The translations under genes were made by a program, and so were the position numbers. Positions 25,437 to 34,337 of a stretch of 40,694 nucleotides of DNA are shown one piece after another; within the stretch, counting starts at the first letter, position 1; every line of letters begins with the position of its first letter. Location: the NCBI GenBank assembly GCA_949538025.1, contig CATISI010000190.1, positions 1 to 40,694 of the forward strand. The letters are read 5' to 3'. The notes under the pieces were generated by a model. It saw nothing but the letters and a program-made list of their open reading frames with translations. It made no database searches and was not told where the DNA came from. The stretch comes from Candidatus Poseidoniaceae archaeon (GTDB lineage Archaea; Thermoplasmatota; Poseidoniia; Poseidoniales; Poseidoniaceae).

Positions 25437-27533
25437 ATGGATGGCGTCTATCTAACTTGGCTCATCTCGGCATTGGCCGTAGGTGTCTTCCTGATGCCGT
25501 ATTTCAAGCCACCATGGGCGAAGCTTACGTTGAGTGGATTCGTTGATTTCATCCGACGTTATTGGCTGCACTTACTGATTGCGCTTGTCATTTACAATGC
25601 AAAAGACTGGCTTGACCAAATCGATCGAATGTTGATGGCTCGAACAGGACTTGACATGACGCCGTACATTTATGCCATCGAGGGCGATTTGGTTGTTTTG
25701 TTTCAAGATGCGTTCAGAGCGGCATGGCTTGATGTGTTCATGACGCATTTCTACATTGCAGGCTTCATGTTCATCACCTATGCTTCGATCTTCTATGTGA
25801 CCTACTTCGATGATCGGTGGATGGCAGATAGAGTCGCATTATGCGTCGCATGGGTCTACCTCCTTGCCATTCCGTTCTATCTCTTTTTCAACGTTCGAGT
25901 CACGGGCTTCTACATCGAGGATATGGATGCTATCGCCTATACTTTAAATCCTGAGATCGAAGATTGGTTTCGACGAATTGATGCGTTCACGAATTGCATG
26001 CCATCGTTGCACATCGCCGTTCCATTCGCCATATGGCTCACCTTCCGTAAACACGATCATGACGGCCGATGGAACCGATTTCAGAACATGACCTTAGGCT
26101 ATATTATCCTCACAGCGTTTGCCATCATCTATCTCGGAATTCATTGGTTTGTCGACATCATCGGCGGGATGATCCTCGCCACGTTTGCGGTCAGCCTTAT
26201 GGAGAAAACCAATGATCCAGTCTGGAAGTTCTTCGATGAACGAACTATCAATAGTCGACTCGCAACGCTCCTGACACGACCTGCTCACTCAGCATCTCTT
26301 CTCTTTGGTCGAATCAAAAACTATGCGAAGACCTGGCTTAAGCCAACCAGCAAGGAAACGGGAACATTCATTGTCGTCATTATGATTCTGACAGCTGCAG
26401 TCATCACTTGGGATTTGACACACAACGAACTCCCTGCTGAGGGTGTTCAGTCAGCACAAGGCGCTGTTGCATCGGAAGGTTGGTTGGCCACCATGGACAA
26501 TCAGTCTGGAGAGGCCATCGTCTTGATTCACGATGTGGCAGATCCGTTGTCCAACCCGACAACAGTCGCTCAACCGCTCATGCAATTCGACTCTCCATAT
26601 GCATTGTTTGAGAACTATCTGGCCATGGCTAATGATAGTGCGTTACGTGTGATTGATGTCGATTCGCCGAATGCCGTTCTCCTGCAGCAGGAAGTAACGG
26701 GTATCCAATCTCTGCAGATGACATCGCTTCAAGGCAAACCAGTGGTTCTGTACATCGCCGACGATGCGTTGCATGCAGTGAACATTGATGGTCAGGACGT
26801 TCAAGTTCCAACGCTACCTAACAGTGAAACGATTCATCTCATGTCCGTTTCTGGTATCGAGATTCTCTTGGTTTCTGAAGAACAACCAGACACATTACGC
26901 ATTGGAACCATCGGGACATCGGGCTCCCTCAACATCGTTATGAATGCGTCCACGACGGACGAGCAGAACCTCGAACTGGAAGAATGGGGTCAAGCCGTTG
27001 ATGATAAGAACGCAAGCATAGAACAAGTTTCTTTTGACTCGCAACACATTGCGGTCAGAATGAACGTTTCAGCCCTCGATCGGATGGCCATTTACGACCG
27101 TTCAACGGGTGAGCAATGGCTCGGATTCGACCCAATCTATCCTGTTGGCAATCTCTCCATGGGCTATGGGTATGTTGTTTGGGAAGCCAAAGATCACTAC
27201 AACCCTCTCAGTTTTACCGATAAATACGGCGACTGGGAGATTCACCAGTTGAATCTTGCAACAAATTACTCTGAACAATTGACTTCAGACACCATTGATC
27301 AGGTGAATCCAATCGCTCTTGAAGACGGTCTTGCCTACATCGAAGTCGAAGATGATGGCGAAGTTACCATCAATGTCCTAACACGTGGAACAGAACTGGC
27401 AACGTACTCGAGTATCGTCCTTCAATGGTCCGTTCTCCTTCTGATTGTTTTGACGTTCATTTACATCATGCAGCGTCAAGACGAACTCCGCTCAAACGAC
27501 ATCATCCATGATAACGTACTCGAGTCCGAATAA
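25437..27533 (+). CDS. PAP2-superfamily (PAP2_3/Aur1-Ipt1-like) integral membrane protein fused to a large extracytoplasmic C-terminal domain and a terminal TM
   Basis: CMPSLHIAVPFAIW and GIHWFVDIIGGMILA match the PSxH and HxxxD motifs of the PAP2_3 type, within about 6 TM helices. A beta-rich segment of about 330 aa follows, then the TM YSSIVLQWSVLLLIVLTFIYIM. AGGAGG lies 8 nt upstream of the ATG. Confidence 0.6.
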   Translation: MDGVYLTWLISALAVGVFLMPYFKPPWAKLTLSGFVDFIRRYWLHLLIALVIYNAKDWLDQIDRMLMARTGLDMTPYIYAIEGDLVVLFQDAFRAAWLDVFMTHFYIAGFMFITYASIFYVTYFDDRWMADRVALCVAWVYLLAIPFYLFFNVRVTGFYIEDMDAIAYTLNPEIEDWFRRIDAFTNCMPSLHIAVPFAIWLTFRKHDHDGRWNRFQNMTLGYIILTAFAIIYLGIHWFVDIIGGMILATFAVSLMEKTNDPVWKFFDERTINSRLATLLTRPAHSASLLFGRIKNYAKTWLKPTSKETGTFIVVIMILTAAVITWDLTHNELPAEGVQSAQGAVASEGWLATMDNQSGEAIVLIHDVADPLSNPTTVAQPLMQFDSPYALFENYLAMANDSALRVIDVDSPNAVLLQQEVTGIQSLQMTSLQGKPVVLYIADDALHAVNIDGQDVQVPTLPNSETIHLMSVSGIEILLVSEEQPDTLRIGTIGTSGSLNIVMNASTTDEQNLELEEWGQAVDDKNASIEQVSFDSQHIAVRMNVSALDRMAIYDRSTGEQWLGFDPIYPVGNLSMGYGYVVWEAKDHYNPLSFTDKYGDWEIHQLNLATNYSEQLTSDTIDQVNPIALEDGLAYIEVEDDGEVTINVLTRGTELATYSSIVLQWSVLLLIVLTFIYIMQRQDELRSNDIIHDNVLESE

Positions 27534-28185
27534 GATCGAAGCGCTCGAGAACATCGCTCATTGACACCGAATCGCCCCCAGACGTTCTCGGAGCAGGACC
27601 AAGGTCTTGCTCACATTGCGCATATCCTTCGAGCACAGCTTCCATAGCTCCTTCACGATGCGGGTGTGATGCACCGAGAATCTCGAACAAAACGTGCAAA
27701 TCAATGCCGTAGAGTTCGGTTTCAAATTCAATCTTTGCAAGACCAAAATCGATGAGCACAGCCTCTCCTTCTGGTGTAATCATGATGTTGTTGGTTGAAA
27801 GATCGCCGTGGACAATGGCTTGGCGGTGAAGCATCCGGATACTTTTTCCAGTTGTGCGCAGGTGTTTGTTGACGGTTGCATCATCGATGGAATCGTCATT
27901 GAGCAGTTCGATGAGTGGCTGACCGGGAACGTTGCTCATAACCAGTTGTTGTTCAACAACATCACAGTCGTACAGGACAGGTATATTCAACCCGCTCTTG
28001 TGAAGACGTACCATCAATCGAGCCTCTGCAATCATTCGTCGTCGACCCAATCGGTCGTCCAAATCTGGGTGACGCCATGAGCGAAGACGGCGTTGCTTGC
28101 GGACGGCAGGCAGGCCCATCCACGAGCCGCGCCACACTTCCGCCTCCGCACCAAGGTACAGTCGCTCATCAGCGGTGAATGCCAT
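27502..28185 (-). CDS. bud32: KEOPS-complex kinase Bud32 (RIO-type Ser/Thr kinase), standalone
   Basis: LGAEAEVWRGSWMGLPAVRKQR, IVHGDLSTNNIMI, LIDFGLA and the C-terminal RTRVRYHG. I prefer ATG at 28185 (MAFTADERLYLGAEA), whereas the track ORF extends to 28272. Confidence 0.8.
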   Translation of the reverse strand: MAFTADERLYLGAEAEVWRGSWMGLPAVRKQRRLRSWRHPDLDDRLGRRRMIAEARLMVRLHKSGLNIPVLYDCDVVEQQLVMSNVPGQPLIELLNDDSIDDATVNKHLRTTGKSIRMLHRQAIVHGDLSTNNIMITPEGEAVLIDFGLAKIEFETELYGIDLHVLFEILGASHPHREGAMEAVLEGYAQCEQDLGPAPRTSGGDSVSMSDVLERFDLIRTRVRYHG

Positions 28186-28270
28186 TGTTACAATGGAATT
28201 GCCTTCTTTTGATAAGTTAAGCGATGCCAATGGGTTGAAATTAGTGGGCGGGTTGGAAGTAACGATACGC

Positions 28271-29425
28271 ATGTCTGTTTCATTGGCTATGTGCGCAGTC
28301 GACTTCTCGTCGACATCGATGTCGCCTGAGGATATGGCGATTGCAGAGCGAATTGCTGAGTTGAAGCAACAACTCGGCGATGACCTGTTAATTCTTGGAC
28401 ACCACTATCAACGCGATAGCATTGTCATGCACGCAGACTTTCTTGGCGATTCGTTCATGCTGAGTCAGAAAGCTGCCGAATCGGATGCCAAATACATCGT
28501 GTTCTGCGGTGTCCATTTCATGGCTGAATCTGCAGATATTCTCACCTCGGACGAACAAATTGTCATGCTTCCAAATTTGAGAGCAGGCTGTTCAATGGCC
28601 GATATGGCAACGCTTGTCGATGTGGAGGTAGCATGGTCTGAGATGCTTGCATCAACCAATCTTCAAGATCCAATCGAAAAAGAAGACCCTGCGTCAATTG
28701 CAGAAGAAGGTGAATCGTATCTCGTTCCTGTGACCTATATGAACAGCAGCGCCGATCTCAAAGACTTCGTCGGCCGCCACGGTGGTATTGTTTGTACATC
28801 CTCCAATGCTGAAGGTGTTCTGCGGTGGGCCTTCGATCGAGCAGGACCAAACGGCGCAGTACTGTTTTTCCCCGACCAGCATCTTGGACGAAACACTGGT
28901 TTGCGGATGGGAATCACCGAGGACCAGATGCCGACATGGACACCAAACATCGGTTCCAGCTCAGACCTTTCCAACGCTCGTATCATTCTCTGGCATGGAT
29001 TTTGTTCGGTTCACAAGCGGTTCAAACCGAGTCAAATCGCAGATTTTCGTCAACGTCATCCAGAAGGGGTTGTGGTCGTTCATCCAGAGTGCCCCAAAGA
29101 AACGGTTGACGTCGCTGATGCCAATGGTTCAACGCAGTACATCATCAATTACGTCAACAATCTCCCACAAGGATCGACGGTAGCGATAGGAACGGAAATC
29201 AACATGGTTGCCCGTCTTGCTGACGACCATGCTGACAAGCACATCGAATGCCTCGACCCAGAAATTTGTCCATGTTCGACCATGTACATGATTCACCCAG
29301 CATATTTGATGGATCTTCTAGAGAAACTCGTAGATGGTCAAGTTCACAACCAAATCTCAGTTTCAAACCTGGTGCAGGAAGGCTCACTACTCGCTCTTGA
29401 GCGAATGCTCAGCATTCGGGTCTGA
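28271..29425 (+). CDS. nadA: Quinolinate synthase A
   Basis: LLILGHHYQRDSIV, YIVFCGVHFMAESADIL, VTYMNSSADLK, CSVHKRF, HPECPKE and GTEINMV. The start is ambiguous: ATG occurs at 28193, 28271 and 28319, all in frame, and the track ORF begins at 28097. Confidence 0.85.
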   Translation: MSVSLAMCAVDFSSTSMSPEDMAIAERIAELKQQLGDDLLILGHHYQRDSIVMHADFLGDSFMLSQKAAESDAKYIVFCGVHFMAESADILTSDEQIVMLPNLRAGCSMADMATLVDVEVAWSEMLASTNLQDPIEKEDPASIAEEGESYLVPVTYMNSSADLKDFVGRHGGIVCTSSNAEGVLRWAFDRAGPNGAVLFFPDQHLGRNTGLRMGITEDQMPTWTPNIGSSSDLSNARIILWHGFCSVHKRFKPSQIADFRQRHPEGVVVVHPECPKETVDVADANGSTQYIINYVNNLPQGSTVAIGTEINMVARLADDHADKHIECLDPEICPCSTMYMIHPAYLMDLLEKLVDGQVHNQISVSNLVQEGSLLALERMLSIRV

Positions 29426-29845
29426 TTATTCAGCCAGTCGTCGCAATTCTTCGACACTTCGGACTTCTGCAAGATAGATTTGTTCGATCGTATCGTATAA
29501 CTCAGCATCGCCTGCTTCCTCAATCAAGATCATCAATTGACCATAGACTTCCACGGCTTTGGTTTCTGTTTTCAATGATTCGGCGAGCATGTCGAGGTAG
29601 GATGAGACGTGTTCGATTGGAGTGGCATTACGCTCGGTCACGGCGATACCACCAAGTTTGACGATGGCAGAGCGAACAATGTTGGAGTGGACCATTGATT
29701 CGTTTGCTTCTGAAGTAAAGTGTGGCTCAAGCTGAAGGCGATGGATTCCACGAATGTAGGCAGCATAGTGGGCGTACATGTTGATGGCACGCAATTCCCA
29801 TCCGAGGGCTTCGTTCAGTTTGGCAATCAAGTGCTCTTCGCTCAT
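29426..29845 (-). CDS. Ferritin-like superfamily four-helix-bundle protein (Dps/bacterioferritin-like)
   Basis: MSEEHLIAKLNEALGWELRAINMYAHYAAY...EANESMVHSN...LKTETKAVEVYGQL has ferritin-like heptad and Glu spacing, but the canonical ExxH pairs are not clearly intact. ATG at 29845 avoids overlap with crcB, and the track ORF runs to 29956. Confidence 0.45.
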   Translation of the reverse strand: MSEEHLIAKLNEALGWELRAINMYAHYAAYIRGIHRLQLEPHFTSEANESMVHSNIVRSAIVKLGGIAVTERNATPIEHVSSYLDMLAESLKTETKAVEVYGQLMILIEEAGDAELYDTIEQIYLAEVRSVEELRRLAE

Positions 29846-29877
29846 GGTTAACGCGCGGTCGGCTTTGCACTTAAAGT

Positions 29878-30255
29878 TCAGGTTGAGGCTAGAAGTGTAT
29901 CGGAAAGTTTCCAACCAACAAGGGCAAGAAGTGGACACAGCAATATAGTTGCACAAACATAACCTGCTGCAAGACCAAGGTTCTCTTGTTCGATCATTTG
30001 AATGGTTTCAACCGAAAACGCAGACATGGTGGTCAATCCACCAAGCAACCCCGTTCCAACAAGAAGTGCGAAATCTTTGGAAATCATGCTCTCAGCAAGC
30101 CCAATAGCGAGGGCTCCCATCAGGAATGAACCGATGAGATTGACACAGAGTGTCGCCCACGGAAAACCGTCGCTTGCGATCCATTCTGATGTCAAATAAC
30201 GAAGTGCTGCGCCGAAGCCTCCACCGAGGGCAACCATCAGAATTTGCTGCAGCAT
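29878..30255 (-). CDS. crcB: Fluoride ion channel CrcB/Fluc
   Basis: MLQQILMVALGGGFGAALRY, INLIGSFLMG and GLLGGLTTMSAFS. Length is 125 aa with 4 TM helices. Confidence 0.88.
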   Translation of the reverse strand: MLQQILMVALGGGFGAALRYLTSEWIASDGFPWATLCVNLIGSFLMGALAIGLAESMISKDFALLVGTGLLGGLTTMSAFSVETIQMIEQENLGLAAGYVCATILLCPLLALVGWKLSDTLLAST

Positions 30256-30339
30256 GGTATCTGCTTATCGGGACAGACCATGAAGTTCGTGCTTCAATAA
30301 ATCCGAACATCCATCAATGGGCACCTCTAAGCCATCTCC

Positions 30340-30960
30340 ATGCGCACCGTCTGGTTCATGACAGGAAACGTTGGGAAGGTGCGAGAAGCCAAGCATGCGC
30401 TTGAGCCACTCGGCTTTGAGGTCAAACAATTGGTTGTTGGAGGTGTTGAGATTTCCGAACCACAATGCGATGATTTGGAAATCGTTGCTCGCTCAAAACT
30501 TGAGCAAGCTCAAGCACACCTTCCGCATCCACACGCTGCACTTTTGGTCGAAGATGCTGGTTTGTTTGTGGATGCCTTGGCTGGTTTTCCTGGTGTCTAT
30601 TCGGCATACGTCTTGAAGACGCTTGGTTGCAACGGTTTGCTCAAGTTGATGGAAGGGAAAAACAACAGAAACGCTGAGTTTCAGGCCGTTGCTGCACTTC
30701 TTCTCGACGGTGATGTCTTTATCTCTCGAGGTGTTTGTGAAGGCGTCCTTGCTGCAAATGCAAGCGGTAAGGACGGTTTTGGATTTGATCCAATCTTTGT
30801 ACCAAACGATATTGAACGAGAAGGAATTATTCACACTACAGAAGGCCTGACGTTCGCTGACGTGAACCTTTCTGTCAAAGAGAAATTCAGCCATCGACGT
30901 AAGGCATTGGACGGTCTTCTCGAATTACTTTCAACACCCGAGGCGGCATCATCGTCATAA
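30340..30960 (+). CDS. rdgB: Non-canonical purine NTP pyrophosphatase (HAM1/RdgB/ITPase family)
   Basis: WFMTGNVGKVREA, LVEDAGLFVDALAGFPGVYSA, GFGFDPIF and SHRRKAL. Confidence 0.85.
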   Translation: MRTVWFMTGNVGKVREAKHALEPLGFEVKQLVVGGVEISEPQCDDLEIVARSKLEQAQAHLPHPHAALLVEDAGLFVDALAGFPGVYSAYVLKTLGCNGLLKLMEGKNNRNAEFQAVAALLLDGDVFISRGVCEGVLAANASGKDGFGFDPIFVPNDIEREGIIHTTEGLTFADVNLSVKEKFSHRRKALDGLLELLSTPEAASSS

Positions 30961-30989
30961 GCAGGGAGTTCTTGGATGGAGCGATAGGC

Positions 30990-31895
30990 ATGGGGTTCTT
31001 CCGCAACACAATCGCACTGGCGTTTGTTGCAACCCTGTTGTTCTATTTCGCTACTGTTGGTGAAATGCAAGAGAACCAGCAGTGGATTGTCATTGGGGTC
31101 ATGGTTGTTCTTGGCTTGGTGTTCATCCTCTCGGGAACGCCAGATTTCGAACTACCTGCACAACCAATTGTCGATTCGAAAATGGTAGAAGCAGTGAGTG
31201 CCCCTTCCTCTGAGGAAGCTTCGGAAGATGAAACAGAATCCGTGACGACCGAGCCAACTAAGACGATGTCGCTCAAAGAACGCAAGGCTGCAAAGATTCT
31301 CGCTGCACAACAAGCACAACAAGCAGCCATGGCTGCAACCAACGATGACAAAGAGGTCCCAATGGATGTTTTACCTATCGTTGAGGTGGAAACAGTTCAC
31401 GTTGCAGACGAATACGTCGTCGAAGTCAGTCCTGAATCGGTCGAGGAGGCGGACATTCAAGCGACGGTCAAGGAACGTGCCTCGCGTCACAGTGAAATTC
31501 GAGCACGAATCGAGGCTCGTCGACGTTCTCAGATGGCTGACATTCGAGCATCAACCTCACGTATGTGGGAAGAGAACGTTGTTCGAGAAGACCTTGTTGC
31601 CGTTTTACAAAACGAAGGACACGGTCTTTCGGTTCTTGATGAGCCACTCAACCCAGACCCTGGGCACATCTACGGTGCCACATTCATTCGAATCGATGAC
31701 CATCGGATCCTCAAGTATCGTTCGCAACTTGATGTCGGGTTTGAAGCCGTGGCTTCGAGCCAAGATGCTCCAGAACCTGCGCTTCCAGAACTCCCACCAT
31801 TGATTGGACCAGACGGTAATCCGCTACCACTTCCCGATCTGCCAAGCCCATCTGGAGCATTGGCAGCACTGAAAATGGAAATGGATGAAGATTGA
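30990..31895 (+). CDS. Hypothetical membrane-anchored protein with acidic, coiled-coil and Pro-rich segments
   Basis: Two N-terminal TM helices (FFRNTIALAFVATLLFYF, WIVIGVMVVLGLVFIL), an acidic Ser/Glu stretch, a basic helical region (RHSEIRARIEARRRSQ) and a Pro-rich tail. The track ORF starts at TTG 30972. Confidence 0.5.
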   Translation: MGFFRNTIALAFVATLLFYFATVGEMQENQQWIVIGVMVVLGLVFILSGTPDFELPAQPIVDSKMVEAVSAPSSEEASEDETESVTTEPTKTMSLKERKAAKILAAQQAQQAAMAATNDDKEVPMDVLPIVEVETVHVADEYVVEVSPESVEEADIQATVKERASRHSEIRARIEARRRSQMADIRASTSRMWEENVVREDLVAVLQNEGHGLSVLDEPLNPDPGHIYGATFIRIDDHRILKYRSQLDVGFEAVASSQDAPEPALPELPPLIGPDGNPLPLPDLPSPSGALAALKMEMDED

Positions 31896-31904
31896 GGCTT
31901 GTTG

Positions 31905-32615
31905 ATGGAAGCATTCGCTCAATCAACACGGAACGAAAAGGAACGCGCCTTGATTGGCCTTGCTCTCGTTGGTATTGCACCCACAGTTTCAGTTGTCACA
32001 GGTTTTGCACTGAAAGCAGGTATAATTGCAGCCATTGTGTTTGTTCTCACCAAGATGTGGATGTTCGGCTTGCCTGCCTATTGGCACACCAAGGTCGAAG
32101 GAGGTGAGCGCTCATATTCCATGCCAGAAAATGGGGGCTGGATGGTATCAACCCTGCTTGGCGTAGGTATGGGTGTTGTGATTGCAATTGCTTATTTTAT
32201 TCTTGGAGATATGGTGCTGCGCAACGAAGATTTGTATGAGATTCTTGACCCATTTGGCCTCACAGTTCCATGGAAACTGGCTCTAGGGATTTTTTTCTGG
32301 ATTTTCATCAATTCGGTCTTGGAAGAGTATGTGTTCCGCTGGTTCATTACCTCAAAACTGGAACAACTGGTTGGAGGGAAGTGGCTTCCAATCCTCCTTT
32401 CTGCTGGGATATTCACGTTGCATCACACCATTGCTTTGGCCTTCTTTATCGATCCAATCGGGAACGCACTGGCTTCCCTCGGCGTGTTTGTTGGAGGTGT
32501 GATTTTCTCATGGATTTACGTCCAATATCGAAGCGTATGGGTTGCTTGGGTTGCTCATGCCATTGCTGACATTGCCATCTTCGCCATCGCTTGGCACATG
32601 ATTGTCGGATTCTAA
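31905..32615 (+). CDS. CPBP-family intramembrane glutamic endopeptidase (CAAX protease/Abi family)
   Basis: NSVLEEYVFRWF (EExxxR), FTLHH (FxxxH) and AHAIADI (HxxxD/N), within about 7 TM helices. Confidence 0.8.
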   Translation: MEAFAQSTRNEKERALIGLALVGIAPTVSVVTGFALKAGIIAAIVFVLTKMWMFGLPAYWHTKVEGGERSYSMPENGGWMVSTLLGVGMGVVIAIAYFILGDMVLRNEDLYEILDPFGLTVPWKLALGIFFWIFINSVLEEYVFRWFITSKLEQLVGGKWLPILLSAGIFTLHHTIALAFFIDPIGNALASLGVFVGGVIFSWIYVQYRSVWVAWVAHAIADIAIFAIAWHMIVGF

Positions 32616-33458
32616 TCACTTGTGCTTCCATTCAGCTTTCTCTCGGTTGAGAAAGGCTTTGACACCGATTTCCTTGTCTTCGGTATCGAACAGACCTGCA
32701 AAGGCTTTGGCTTCGGTTGCAACACCTTCGGTTAATCCTTCATCGAGAGCAGATCGCATAGTTTCCTTAGCCACACGGAGTGTGTTGCTCGACTTGCTTG
32801 CAATTAAACAAGCCATATCCATCGTTCTCTGTTTCAATTCATCAGCGTCAACAACATGGTTCACAAGGCCAATTCGATGCGCTTCATCGGCTGTAATCAT
32901 TTCTCCAGTGTACACCATCTCCAAGGCCTTGCCATAACCGAGCAATGAGACAAGTCGTTGGGTGCCACCGTAGCCCGGAATCAGCCCAAGATTGATTTCG
33001 GGCGTTCCGAATTTCGAGCGTGAACTTGCGATTCGAATGTCGCAAGAACAAGCAACTTCGAGGCCTCCTCCAAGGGCAAAACCATCGACCATAGCTATGG
33101 TTGGCTTGCTTATGTTCCACAATGCTTCGATGGCATTGTCAGTGAATTTGAACGTAATCTCTTCGCTACCAGCACCAAGGAATTCTGTGATATCTGCGCC
33201 TGCAACGAACGCATTTGGTTTTACTCGCTTCCCTTCTTCAGGAATGAGCGGTTGTGCGCCGGTGACAACGATGCAACGAACAGCATCTTCGGATTCTGCC
33301 CATGCGACCATGGCTTTCATGGCAGACGTGACATTAGCGTTCAATGCGTTCAATTTGTTGGGTCGATTGATGGTCACCAAAGCAACAACTGTACCATCAT
33401 CACATGCTTCAACTGGCAGTGTTTCAATCGTCAAAACCTCGTCTTGAGGGGGCGTCAT
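32616..33458 (-). CDS. Enoyl-CoA hydratase/isomerase (crotonase family)
   Basis: VALVTINRPNKLNALN, FVAGADITEF, VDGFALGGGLEVACSCDIRIAS and PEINLGLIPGYGGTQRL. ATG at 33458 (MTPPQ) is preferred over the GTG at 33500. Confidence 0.85.
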   Translation of the reverse strand: MTPPQDEVLTIETLPVEACDDGTVVALVTINRPNKLNALNANVTSAMKAMVAWAESEDAVRCIVVTGAQPLIPEEGKRVKPNAFVAGADITEFLGAGSEEITFKFTDNAIEALWNISKPTIAMVDGFALGGGLEVACSCDIRIASSRSKFGTPEINLGLIPGYGGTQRLVSLLGYGKALEMVYTGEMITADEAHRIGLVNHVVDADELKQRTMDMACLIASKSSNTLRVAKETMRSALDEGLTEGVATEAKAFAGLFDTEDKEIGVKAFLNREKAEWKHK

Positions 33459-33507
33459 ACATTCCGCACATGAAGGAAGTTCAAGAGTCCACCGATGCAC
33501 CGCTTAG

Positions 33508-34335
33508 GTGCTTCAAGCAAGCAATGAAAACCTCCAGTTGATTCGTAAGAGTATGGGCGATGATGCACAACCTCTCGTACGCGCAGTCGACATGGGAAAG
33601 CGATACGGAGAGTTCGTTGCTCTACACCCATTGAACGTTGAAGTTTATTCGGGTGAATTCTTTGGCGTCTTTGGACCAAATGGCGCTGGAAAATCCACGT
33701 TCATCAAGCTCCTCACCGGTCAATTGCAACCCTCGATTGGTCAAATCGAGGTCTTGGGTGTAGATGCCAAGCAATCGCCCCAGAAATTGAAGGCCAACAT
33801 TGGCATTGTTCCTGAATCGGAATCCCCACCTTCTTTTCTAACGCCAACCGAATTCCTTCAATTCGTCGCTCGATTACGAGGACTGAAAAATCTTGACGAG
33901 CAGGTTGAGTATTGGCTTGATTGGTTCGGTTTGCAAGAAAAGCGTGACACTATGTGCAAGGACTTGTCGAAAGGTCAGCGTCAGAAGGTCATGCTCGCAT
34001 CCGCCTTCATACACAAGCCGAAGTTGTTGTTTTTGGACGAGCCGTTTGCGAATCTTGACCCAATTTATCAGAGAAAATGCCGAGAGTGGTTGCTCGACCA
34101 TGTAGCAAATGGAGGGACCATATTCCTCTGTTCGCACGTACTTGAGATGGCTGAGCGCATGTGCAATCGAATGGCCATTATCAATCACGGACGAGTCCTC
34201 GCTGCTGGAACTGTCTTCGGTCTGAAAGAATCAGAAGAGGAGACCTTGGAGGATGTTTTCATTCGCCTCGTAGGTCATTCCATCGAAGAAGTGGAACGAC
34301 ACACAGAAGAAGGAATCAACTCAGAGGAGGAGTGA
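33508..34335 (+). CDS. ABC transporter ATP-binding protein
   Basis: Walker A GPNGAGKST, signature LSKGQRQKV, Walker B LLFLDEPFANLD and H-loop LCSHV. The start is either GTG 33508 or ATG 33553. Confidence 0.88.
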   Translation: MLQASNENLQLIRKSMGDDAQPLVRAVDMGKRYGEFVALHPLNVEVYSGEFFGVFGPNGAGKSTFIKLLTGQLQPSIGQIEVLGVDAKQSPQKLKANIGIVPESESPPSFLTPTEFLQFVARLRGLKNLDEQVEYWLDWFGLQEKRDTMCKDLSKGQRQKVMLASAFIHKPKLLFLDEPFANLDPIYQRKCREWLLDHVANGGTIFLCSHVLEMAERMCNRMAIINHGRVLAAGTVFGLKESEEETLEDVFIRLVGHSIEEVERHTEEGINSEEE

Positions 34336-34337
34336 TT

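Noticed and set aside
30256-30339. Fluoride (crcB-motif) riboswitch upstream of crcB
   Set aside because: The minus-strand leader contains GCGCATGGAGATGGC and TGATGGATG, which loosely resemble parts of the consensus (GGCGAUGGNGUUCGCC...CUGAUGAYNCCUAC). The P1 partner (CUCC after GAUGA) and the pseudoknot elements are absent. A covariance-model scan with Rfam RF01734 would be decisive.
34161-34337. N-terminal extension of the permease ORF overlapping the ABC ATPase gene by 175 nt
   Set aside because: The extension is Arg/Ser/Gly-rich out-of-frame sequence within the ATPase gene. ATG at 34338, with GGAGGAGTGA upstream and 2 nt after the ATPase stop, is the sensible start.
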